The translations under genes were made by a program, and so were the position numbers. The notes beneath the pieces are model-generated. The model worked only from the letters and a program-made list of their open reading frames with translations. It ran no database searches and was not told where the DNA came from. From a virus (lineage: Duplodnaviria; Caudoviricetes), in IMG/VR virus record IMGVR_UViG_3300013121_000013, positions 91,647 through 155,646 of that record: a DNA stretch of 64,000 nt; one strand, written 5' to 3'. This document shows positions 50,294 to 57,132 of this stretch, piece by piece (the first letter of the stretch is position 1; the number at the start of each line of letters is the position of its first letter).

Positions 50294-51049
50294 GTGACAA
50301 CAAATTATGATGTTGAGAATACCTCTTTCTGGCTTAAAACCTGGAAAGAGGTTTATGGATTTCCAGATTCTTACTTAGCTTTCGATTTAGAAACAACTGG
50401 ATTGATAAAAGATCTAGATTTAATAACTGAAATCGGGCTTAGTAAGGTATCAAATGGAAAAGAAACAGAGCGCCAACTGATAGTTATAGATTGGACTAGA
50501 GATCCATTTGTCAATCAGTTTTGGCTTAAGTTAAGACTTAAAGCTACATCTGTCAGCATGGCTAGACTAGGTAGATCTTATCATTGTTCATACGAAAAGC
50601 TGTATTCTCATTCAAATTCTGTTAATCCTAAAGATGCCCTATCGATAGTTATATCTGCATTCGAGGACAGCCGAAACAAAGGTATATTTCTAGTCGGCCA
50701 TAACGTATGGGGATTTGATTCTTTATTTATAGAGAGCCATGTTAAGAAAGTTTTAAACTTAAGTTTTAAATTTAGAACGAACGATATAATGGATACTGGT
50801 AGTATGGAAAAAGGAATGGCTTTGAAGATACTGCCATGGCCATATCAAGATCTGTATTATCACCATCAGCGTGTAGCAGATAGAAGTGGAAAAGGCATTA
50901 GCTGGTCACTAAGCGATCATTGTGTTCATAAATATGACTTAGTTAAAAGATATTCTTTAGATCTTGCAAAAGCGCATACAGCTGACTATGATGCCTATAT
51001 GACTCATCTGTTATTTAAGACTTATTCCGAAATAGCAGACAGTTTATAG
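50294..51049 (+). CDS. DEDDh 3'-5' exonuclease (DnaQ-like)
   Basis: FDLETTG, GHNVWGFD, AHTADYDA. Confidence 0.85.
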   Translation: MTTNYDVENTSFWLKTWKEVYGFPDSYLAFDLETTGLIKDLDLITEIGLSKVSNGKETERQLIVIDWTRDPFVNQFWLKLRLKATSVSMARLGRSYHCSYEKLYSHSNSVNPKDALSIVISAFEDSRNKGIFLVGHNVWGFDSLFIESHVKKVLNLSFKFRTNDIMDTGSMEKGMALKILPWPYQDLYYHHQRVADRSGKGISWSLSDHCVHKYDLVKRYSLDLAKAHTADYDAYMTHLLFKTYSEIADSL

Positions 51050-51083
51050 CTAAATTCAGTAGCCTTTTCCTGTCATATAATAT
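51049..51083 (+). promoter_or_regulatory. putative promoter of the tRNA array
   Basis: GCTAAATT-N14-TGTCATATAAT, matching motifs at 60972 and 62382. Confidence 0.55.
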
Positions 51084-51166
51084 GATGGTGTCACTAGCTG
51101 TGCTAGCTTGACTCTTCTTTAGTTATTGGTTAGCAAACTACAGGCTTATTATAAGCCTGTAGATTT

Positions 51167-51184
51167 TTGATAGATGTCTATCAA
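51167..51184. promoter_or_regulatory. 18-bp palindromic motif, copy 4
   Basis: TTGATAGATGTCTATCAA, 4 nt before tRNA-Glu. Confidence 0.7.
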
Positions 51185-51188
51185 TTTT

Positions 51189-51264
51189 GCCGTGGATCTC
51201 GCTATTGGTTTGTGAGAGTAGGCTTTCAATCTACCTGTTGCGGGTTCGATTCCCGTCCACGGTA
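51189..51264 (+). tRNA. tRNA-Glu(TTC)
   Basis: GCCGTGG/CCACGGT, GTAGG-CTTTCAA-TCTAC, TTCGATT. Confidence 0.75.
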
Positions 51265-51279
51265 CTTTTATTTAATTTT

Positions 51280-51362
51280 GGGGAGGTGGCGGAAAAGGTA
51301 GACGCATCTGACTTAAAATCAGATAGGTTAATCCTGTGCGGGTTCAATTCCCGCCCTCCTCA
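51280..51362 (+). tRNA. tRNA-Leu(TAA), canonical long variable arm
   Basis: GGGGAGG/CCTCCTC, TCTGA-CTTAAAA-TCAGA, V-arm TAGG-TTAAT-CCTG. Confidence 0.9.
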
Positions 51363-51369
51363 TTGCTAT

Positions 51370-51445
51370 GCCCCCGTAGACCAATTAGGCAGGAGTCAAG
51401 AGACTTAAAATTTCTACAGTGTGGGTTCGAATCCCACCGGGGGTA
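51370..51445 (+). tRNA. tRNA-Leu(TAA), short variable loop
   Basis: GCCCCCG/CGGGGGT, AGAGA-CTTAAAA-TTTCT, V loop ACAGT. Confidence 0.85.
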
Positions 51446-51446
51446 C

Positions 51447-51517
51447 TGCTCGCTGTTGTAATGGCAGCATGCAACACTCTGAATGTTGCGGTCATGGTTC
51501 GAGTCCATGGCGAGCAT
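51447..51517 (+). tRNA. tRNA-Gln(CTG)
   Basis: TGCTCGC/GCGAGCA, CAACA-CTCTGAA-TGTTG, CATGG-TTCGAGT-CCATG. Confidence 0.85.
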
Positions 51518-51521
51518 TTAT

Positions 51522-51591
51522 TGCGGCGCGCACGGGCTGCTACGCAAGTCTTTGAAACTTGCAAGGACGGGTTCGAATCCCTCCGCCGCTG
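51522..51591 (+). tRNA. tRNA-Gln(TTG), reduced D-arm
   Basis: GCGGCG/CGCCGC, CAAGT-CTTTGAA-ACTTG, TTCGAAT. Confidence 0.65.
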
Positions 51592-51618
51592 TTGTAACTT
51601 TTTTGATATAGTAATATT

Positions 51619-51694
51619 GGCGCGGTAGACCAATTAGGCAGGAGTCGATTGCCTCAAAAGCAATACAGTGTGGGTTCGAATCCCACCCGCGCTA
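51619..51694 (+). tRNA. tRNA-Leu(CAA), short variable loop
   Basis: GGCGCGG/CCGCGCT, ATTGC-CTCAAAA-GCAAT, V loop ACAGT. Confidence 0.85.
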
Positions 51695-51713
51695 CGACTA
51701 GAGGGTTTGATGG

Positions 51714-52226
51714 ATGCTCATTTCAGAGGCTGAGACGACGTCTCCTATTCCCACCTCTCCGAAGTTGAATAATAAAAATATTAAGAATTATGCGCCCATT
51801 ATTCGAGAGATGACTATTGAAGACCTAGGTACGGGGTTTCACAATGTTTTAAGCGAGCTTCATCCATATCCTTTGCCTACAATCAAAGATGCAAAGGACA
51901 TATTCCGTAAGAGAGTTTCTCAAGGTGTTAAGACTTTTGTTTTAATGCTTCCAGACGTAGACGGATATGAGACATGCATTGGAACAGCCGCTGTGCTGAT
52001 TGAACAGAAGTACTATGGTAGGGTTGCACATATTGAAGACGTCGTTGTATCTAAAGCTTTTAGGTCTAGCGGATATGGTACCAGCCTTATCAACTTTTGC
52101 TTGAAGTACATTACAACTAAGAAATGCTATAAGGCTGTATTGAATTGTAAGACAGATTTGGTAGGATTCTACGAACGTCTGCAGTTTCATGAGAGCACTC
52201 GTGGATTGAGAATCGATATTCCATAG
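51714..52226 (+). CDS. GNAT, glucosamine-6-phosphate N-acetyltransferase (GNA1)-like
   Basis: GTAAVLIEQK, AHIEDVVV...RSSGYG, CYKAVLNC, VGFYE. Confidence 0.8.
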   Translation: MLISEAETTSPIPTSPKLNNKNIKNYAPIIREMTIEDLGTGFHNVLSELHPYPLPTIKDAKDIFRKRVSQGVKTFVLMLPDVDGYETCIGTAAVLIEQKYYGRVAHIEDVVVSKAFRSSGYGTSLINFCLKYITTKKCYKAVLNCKTDLVGFYERLQFHESTRGLRIDIP

Positions 52227-52267
52227 TACTAGATTTTTGAAAATAGTCGAATAAAGTCGGAGATGCC

Positions 52268-52771
52268 GTGAGCGCTAGCAGTTCGGTTCGTCAGAGAGGG
52301 CATATCAGATGGATGATTCGCAGAGATATGCCTACAGTCTTGGATATAGAGAAGCGAAGTTTTACTTATCCAAACTCTGAAGAGGATTTTTTAAGAGAGC
52401 TTAGAAATTCAAAATGCATTGGCACGGTTATCACTATTGAAGAGAACGTAGTCGGGTACATGATCTATGAGCTTCTTAAAGGAAAGATTAGACTGTTAAA
52501 ACTTGCAGTAGACCCAGAGTATCGACGAAAAGGTCTGGCCACATTAATGATAAACAAGCTTAAATCTAAGCTTAGCGATCATAGAAGAACTTCTATAATT
52601 TTAGACGTACCGGACTACAATTTGGGGGCGCAGCTGTTTTTTAAGAGCCAAAACTTCTTCGCTACAAGAGTACTAAAGAACGCAGACGAGCATACAGACA
52701 GTGATATGTATTATATGTGCTATAAACTTGTCACGTCTGTATATGATGATAGCCCTGTAGTGGAGGTTTAA
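52268..52771 (+). CDS. rimI: RimI-like GNAT N-acetyltransferase (copy 2)
   Basis: HIRWMIRRDMPTVLDIE, VGYMIYEL, LAVDPEYRRKGLA, NLGAQLFF. Confidence 0.85.
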   Translation: MSASSSVRQRGHIRWMIRRDMPTVLDIEKRSFTYPNSEEDFLRELRNSKCIGTVITIEENVVGYMIYELLKGKIRLLKLAVDPEYRRKGLATLMINKLKSKLSDHRRTSIILDVPDYNLGAQLFFKSQNFFATRVLKNADEHTDSDMYYMCYKLVTSVYDDSPVVEV

Positions 52772-52785
52772 TTAATTTTTCATAC

Positions 52786-52854
52786 TGGCAAGTGCGTGAG
52801 AAATTCTTACGTCTGGGGAGTCTTTTAAACTCTTGAGCTGACGGGCACTTGCCA
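52786..52854 (+). ncRNA. tRNA-like mini RNA with a Lys(TTT)-type anticodon arm and no T-arm
   Basis: TGGCAAGTGC/GCACTTGCCA stem, hairpin GTGAG/CTTAC, GGAGT-CTTTTAA-ACTCT. Confidence 0.45.
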
Positions 52855-52857
52855 TAA

Positions 52858-52931
52858 GGGGAGTTAGGCAACAGGCAGACCACTTTCGCTTAGAACGAAA
52901 GATGCTGAGGGTTCGAATCCCTCACTCCCCA
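52858..52931 (+). tRNA. tRNA-Leu(TAG), short variable loop
   Basis: GGGGAGT/ACTCCCC, TTTCG-CTTAGAA-CGAAA, GAGGG-TTCGAAT-CCCTC. Confidence 0.83.
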
Positions 52932-52936
52932 CTTTA

Positions 52937-53011
52937 GCCGCGATAGACCAATTGGCAGGAGTCACTAACTTGAGGGGCTAGACAGTGCAGGTTCGAATCC
53001 TGCTCGCGGCA
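52937..53011 (+). tRNA. tRNA-Leu(GAG), short variable loop
   Basis: GCCGCGA/TCGCGGC, CTAAC-TTGAGGG-GCTAG, V loop ACAGT. Confidence 0.83.
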
Positions 53012-53016
53012 TTTAA

Positions 53017-53108
53017 GGGTATTGTACTCCTCTCAGGCTGTAACCCTGAGCCACTTAAATATAAAAGGAGCAGGACGTGGTAGTTGGGTTCAAGTCCCTC
53101 AATACCCA
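53017..53108 (+). tRNA. atypical tRNA-Tyr(GTA): no D-arm, enlarged variable arm
   Basis: GGGTATT/AATACCC, CTCAGG-CTGTAAC-CCTGAG, CCAC/GTGG arm, TTCAAGT T-loop. Confidence 0.65.
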
Positions 53109-53126
53109 TTTCGATAAGAGGACAGA

Positions 53127-53438
53127 ATGAAAAGAAAGAATAATAAGAAATCTAAGTCTAAAAAGTCGAAACCATTGGATCTATATAGTTTTTATAATGT
53201 TATGTATATTGATAATACTACCGGAGATCTAGTATATCTTGAAAATAAGACTCATAGTGAACTACTCAACATTTTAGATATGGTTCATCCAGACGATTAC
53301 ATTATTTTTCACGGTAAGAGACTTACACTAGAAGAGATCAGGCCATATGAAGAGTCTAAGCAGACCAATCCATCAGAAATTATCATGCATCTAAAGGATA
53401 GCGCTATTACTGTAAAACAAGAGCTTATGGCTAAATAG
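53127..53438 (+). CDS. hypothetical protein
   Basis: GAGGA RBS, between tRNAs. Confidence 0.6.
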   Translation: MKRKNNKKSKSKKSKPLDLYSFYNVMYIDNTTGDLVYLENKTHSELLNILDMVHPDDYIIFHGKRLTLEEIRPYEESKQTNPSEIIMHLKDSAITVKQELMAK

Positions 53439-53447
53439 CAGTACGAC

Positions 53448-53522
53448 GCGAATATAGCTCAATAGGTTTAGAGCGCCAGTCTTCCAAACTGGATGTTGTG
53501 GGTTCGAGTCCCTCTATTCGCA
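53448..53522 (+). tRNA. tRNA-Gly(TCC)
   Basis: GCGAATA/TATTCGC, CCAGT-CTTCCAA-ACTGG. Confidence 0.9.
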
Positions 53523-53553
53523 TTTATTTTCTTTTAGAGACTGGAAGGAAGAG

Positions 53554-54591
53554 ATGGAAAAAGTTCTTGTAACAGGAGCTGCTGGCTTTATCGGTTCTCA
53601 CGTTACAGAGTATTTTATTAATAAAGGTTTTGACGTCAAAGCTATAGATCTAGTCGATATCACTGCCACTAATAAACTAAGCCGCCTTTCTCATCTGGGC
53701 TCAAAACTTAATTTCATGCCTATAGACTTGTCGTCTGAATATTCCATTAACAAGCTTTTTTCTTTACCATGGAAACCAAATTACATCATCAATCTCGCGT
53801 CTGAAAGTCATGTAGACAAGTCTATCGATGAACCGCGTCAGGTATGGCTCAATAACACCGAATTAATTTTAAACATTCTGCAATATGCAGAAGCGTGCAG
53901 TGATTTAAAAGTGTTTTTACAATTTTCTACAGACGAAGTTTATGGCCCCTCAAATTACCCTATATCAGAGTGGCATCGACCCACGGTTCCTTCTAACCCT
54001 TACGCCGCGTCTAAAGCTGCACAGGAAGCTCTTGCAATTTCTTGGTGGCGGACTTATAAGCTTCCTCTTGTTATTGTCAACTCTACTAATGTTATTGGAG
54101 AAAGGCAGCATCCGGAGAAGTTTCTTCCTAAAATTATTAAGCATTTAAAGCTTGGTCTGGAAATGCCAATCTATGGCGATCTTTCTTCCTCGAAAGAAGC
54201 TAAAGTGCCTAAAACTGGGTCTAGAAATTATTTAGACGTCCGCGATCTGTGCAGAGCTATTCATGCTGTTTTAAGCGTACCTATGGCTAAGTTTGAAAAT
54301 GGTGCAGAACGACCAGTTCGTTTTCATGTAGCCGGTCCATACCAAATTACAAATTTAGAGATGCTTGAGATGGTAGCAAAATGTATGGGTGTGGTAGACT
54401 ATAAATATAAGATTGTCCCGTTCTACGAAGCTAGGCCAGGGCATGATTTGTGTTATAACTTAAACATCGATAAGATCAACCAACTTTGCAACTGGACACA
54501 CCGCGAGCGTATCGAGGACACTGTAGACCGAGTAGTGAAGTGGTTCATTTCGAACGAGGCATGGCTTAATGAGCCGGTTTTTTCGACCTAA
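53554..54591 (+). CDS. rfbB: dTDP-glucose 4,6-dehydratase
   Basis: VTGAAGFIGSH, LASESHVDKSI, STDEVYG, PSNPYAASK, GERQHPEK, RPGHD. Confidence 0.9.
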   Translation: MEKVLVTGAAGFIGSHVTEYFINKGFDVKAIDLVDITATNKLSRLSHLGSKLNFMPIDLSSEYSINKLFSLPWKPNYIINLASESHVDKSIDEPRQVWLNNTELILNILQYAEACSDLKVFLQFSTDEVYGPSNYPISEWHRPTVPSNPYAASKAAQEALAISWWRTYKLPLVIVNSTNVIGERQHPEKFLPKIIKHLKLGLEMPIYGDLSSSKEAKVPKTGSRNYLDVRDLCRAIHAVLSVPMAKFENGAERPVRFHVAGPYQITNLEMLEMVAKCMGVVDYKYKIVPFYEARPGHDLCYNLNIDKINQLCNWTHRERIEDTVDRVVKWFISNEAWLNEPVFST

Positions 54592-54757
54592 CAATAATTC
54601 AAAAAAGAATTCCAAATCTAAACCAGAGAAGATGTCGAAAGAAGACATCAAGAACGCTCGAAAGATTCGTAAAGAGCTAGATAAAAAGCTTGCTCGTGGC
54701 GAATCTCTAACTGAAGAAGAGTGGGAATGGTACGACATGGTCGATAGATTGGAATAA
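54569..54757 (+). CDS. small hypothetical protein
   Basis: coupled 62 aa ORF. Confidence 0.5.
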   Translation: MSRFFRPNNNSKKNSKSKPEKMSKEDIKNARKIRKELDKKLARGESLTEEEWEWYDMVDRLE

Positions 54758-54774
54758 ATCTTCATGGTAAAATC

Positions 54775-55392
54775 ATGCTAAATAGCCTGACTAGGACTAT
54801 TAAAAGGTTAATTGGTAAAGCCATAGACTTTTTTAAACTTATTGGTAGTATGGGTTATCGTATAAAGCATTGCTGGTGGTGTAGCGAACGATTTACGTGT
54901 GTCTTTTACCTCGTTCCTGTGTCCAATACCTCCCTCGAATATGAGCGACATAGGCATGAGTTCTGGCATGCACACGCTAGCCGAACTAATAAACCTGCTC
55001 CTAGGTGTGTTTCGTCGTTCGACGATCAATTTGCTGAACTTTATTTTAACGAACTGGCCACTAACAATAGCGCCAGAAGTAAGCGTTATCTTTTATTACT
55101 ACTTGATTTTTTAAACTTTACTTCCGGTATGTTTAGTAGACGAGTAAGAAGAGGCATCAGAATTCCGTGGGAGAAGATTGGCCAATACAGGAAAATAAGC
55201 GATATTGAACTGCCTATTCATTTTGACTCAAGAATTCGTAACGAGTTAAGTAGCCCAGGTGTATATACATATGACTGCGTGTGCAGTAAGGATTGTTTTT
55301 ACTCTGCAATGATGTACAGTTATAACGTATTATATGGTTATAAACTTATCTGTAAATTTAATAAACTTGATTCTAAATTAAATCAAGTCTAG
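54775..55392 (+). CDS. hypothetical protein
   Basis: 205 aa ORF. Confidence 0.55.
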   Translation: MLNSLTRTIKRLIGKAIDFFKLIGSMGYRIKHCWWCSERFTCVFYLVPVSNTSLEYERHRHEFWHAHASRTNKPAPRCVSSFDDQFAELYFNELATNNSARSKRYLLLLLDFLNFTSGMFSRRVRRGIRIPWEKIGQYRKISDIELPIHFDSRIRNELSSPGVYTYDCVCSKDCFYSAMMYSYNVLYGYKLICKFNKLDSKLNQV

Positions 55393-55402
55393 GGGGATAG
55401 AA

Positions 55403-55963
55403 ATGCCGCACATCTTCGCAGAAATGGACTTTGTAGTCAGCGGCTTTATTGGGCATATCGGGTGTTGTCGTTCTTCTGATGCTGTTCTGATGATCAAGCA
55501 TAGAAAGCTAGGTGTATGGCTACCTCCTGGCGGCCACATAGAGATCGGGGAAACGCCAAACGCTGCAATAGAACGAGAAATACTTGAAGAAACTGGGCTG
55601 AAACTAAACAAAGATTTTTCATATGTTAACACTGGAGGTTTTAAACTAGATAACTCTAATGCGGACGTAGCTAGCGGACGGATACAGCCATATTACACTC
55701 CATGGGCTGTTGACTGCCACCCGTTTGATCCGCTGCCTGGGCACAAGCATCTATGCCTAATTTATTTATTTAGAGATCTGTCAGCGAATGATGTAATTGG
55801 TAATGCAACTATTATTTCTTCGGATTCTGGTATAGAAGACGTGAGGTGGATGAATTTTCAGGCTTTAGATCATGAGTTGCGTGAGCAGAAATTGTGGGCT
55901 TCTGTGTATGACTATTGCAAAGAGGCGTTAAGAACTCTCTTTCAAGCCTATGGACGGAGATGA
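55403..55963 (+). CDS. NUDIX hydrolase
   Basis: WLPPGGHIEIGETPNAAIEREILEETGL Nudix box. Confidence 0.9.
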   Translation: MPHIFAEMDFVVSGFIGHIGCCRSSDAVLMIKHRKLGVWLPPGGHIEIGETPNAAIEREILEETGLKLNKDFSYVNTGGFKLDNSNADVASGRIQPYYTPWAVDCHPFDPLPGHKHLCLIYLFRDLSANDVIGNATIISSDSGIEDVRWMNFQALDHELREQKLWASVYDYCKEALRTLFQAYGRR

Positions 55964-55969
55964 CAAGAA

Positions 55970-56659
55970 ATGCTTGATGCAGTAATAGCGTCAGATTTTC
56001 ATCTTGGAAGCAGTAATTGCCAGGCTAAGGTTATTTGTGGTTTTTTAGAGAGAATTCTGGATCAAGAAATTTTAACTAGCCGACTCATTCTAAATGGTGA
56101 TATATTTGATTCTCTGGATTTTAATAGATTAGACAAGCACCATTGGAAGGTGCTATCTACGATTAGAAAACTATCTGATAAGATAGACGTATCCTGGCTT
56201 TTAGGTAATCATGACGGACCTGCAAGCGTAGTGTCGCATCTTCTTGGAGTGCATGTTTATAACGATTATGTATTTAAATCCGGCGATAAAAAGATACTAG
56301 TTCTACATGGACATATTTTTGATGATTTCATAACCAGATTTCCAATTGCTACGGCAATGGCTGACTACGTATATAAATTTCTTCAATGGGTTGACAAAAC
56401 TCATTATTTTGCTAAGATGGCTAAGCATGGAAGCAAGACTTTCCTGCGATGTGCAGAGCAAGTTAAGAATAGGGCTATTAAGTATGCTGATAAGAAGCTC
56501 TGCTCTGCCGTAATCTGTGGACATACTCATATGGCGGACTTTCCTATATCTGGCTCTTCTGCTATAGATTATTACAACACTGGATGCTTTACTGAGCTAC
56601 CGTGTGGATATGCAGAAGTTCAAGAAGGAAAAATTTTAATAAGATTTTTAAATAGATAA
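55970..56659 (+). CDS. UDP-2,3-diacylglucosamine diphosphatase (LpxH)-like metallophosphoesterase
   Basis: SDFHLG, NGDIFD, GNHD, LHGHIFD, CGHTH, YYNTG. Confidence 0.8.
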   Translation: MLDAVIASDFHLGSSNCQAKVICGFLERILDQEILTSRLILNGDIFDSLDFNRLDKHHWKVLSTIRKLSDKIDVSWLLGNHDGPASVVSHLLGVHVYNDYVFKSGDKKILVLHGHIFDDFITRFPIATAMADYVYKFLQWVDKTHYFAKMAKHGSKTFLRCAEQVKNRAIKYADKKLCSAVICGHTHMADFPISGSSAIDYYNTGCFTELPCGYAEVQEGKILIRFLNR

Positions 56660-56661
56660 AC

Positions 56662-56747
56662 GGGGTCGTGGCCGAGCGGACGAAGGTAGCGGACTTTTAA
56701 TCCGATGAGCGTAAGCTCCAACGTGGGTTCGAATCCTACCGGCCCTA
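56662..56747 (+). tRNA. tRNA with Lys(TTT) anticodon and a long variable arm
   Basis: GGGGTCG/CGGCCCT, CGGA-CTTTTAA-TCCG, V-arm GAGC-GTAA-GCTC. Confidence 0.8.
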
Positions 56748-56754
56748 TATTATT

Positions 56755-56840
56755 GCTCCTCTGCAGCCCACATGGGTCTTCTAAGCCTATGACTTAAACG
56801 GGTGGGATGGAAGTCTAGGGTTCAATTCCCCAGAGGAGTA
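56755..56840 (+). tRNA. atypical tRNA-Arg(TCT): no D-arm, enlarged variable arm
   Basis: GCTCCTC/GAGGAGT, CATGGGT-CTTCTAA-GCCTATG, ACTT/AAGT arm, TTCAATT T-loop. Confidence 0.65.
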
Positions 56841-56861
56841 TTTACACAATTTATTTGTTTT

Positions 56862-56937
56862 GGCCCCTAGGCTGGCTGGAAGCTAGGCAGCGGTCTTATT
56901 AACCGCAATAGGTCGAGTTCGATTCTCACAGGGGCTA
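56862..56937 (+). tRNA. tRNA-Ile(TAT)
   Basis: GGCCCCT/AGGGGCT, GCGGT-CTTATTA-ACCGC, TTCGATT. Confidence 0.72.
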
Positions 56938-56943
56938 CTAACT

Positions 56944-57015
56944 AGAGGCAAGGTGTAAAGGTCAGCACGCCGTCCTGATAAGACGGAAGTCAGGGTTCGA
57001 TTCCCTGTGTCTCTA
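56944..57015 (+). tRNA. tRNA-Ile(GAT)
   Basis: AGAGGCA/TGTCTCT, CCGTC-CTGATAA-GACGG. Confidence 0.88.
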
Positions 57016-57019
57016 TAGT

Positions 57020-57092
57020 GGGTCGCTAGCTTAATTGGAAAAGACCCTCACTGTGAATGAGGTGCATACTGGTTCGAATCCAGTGCGACCCC
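57020..57092 (+). tRNA. tRNA-His(GTG)
   Basis: GGGTCGC/GCGACCC, CCTCA-CTGTGAA-TGAGG, C73. Confidence 0.82.
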
Positions 57093-57132
57093 CTGTACAT
57101 TTTATATAATTAAATCTTTTAGGGGTAGAATT

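Noticed and set aside
51219-51235. Possible TCA (Sec/opal suppressor) anticodon
   Set aside because: The 7-nt loop CTTTCAA centres on TTC (Glu), and there is no Sec-type long arm.
51187-51633. ORFs 51187..51408, 51385..51633 and 51419..51628
   Set aside because: They overlap clear tRNA genes.
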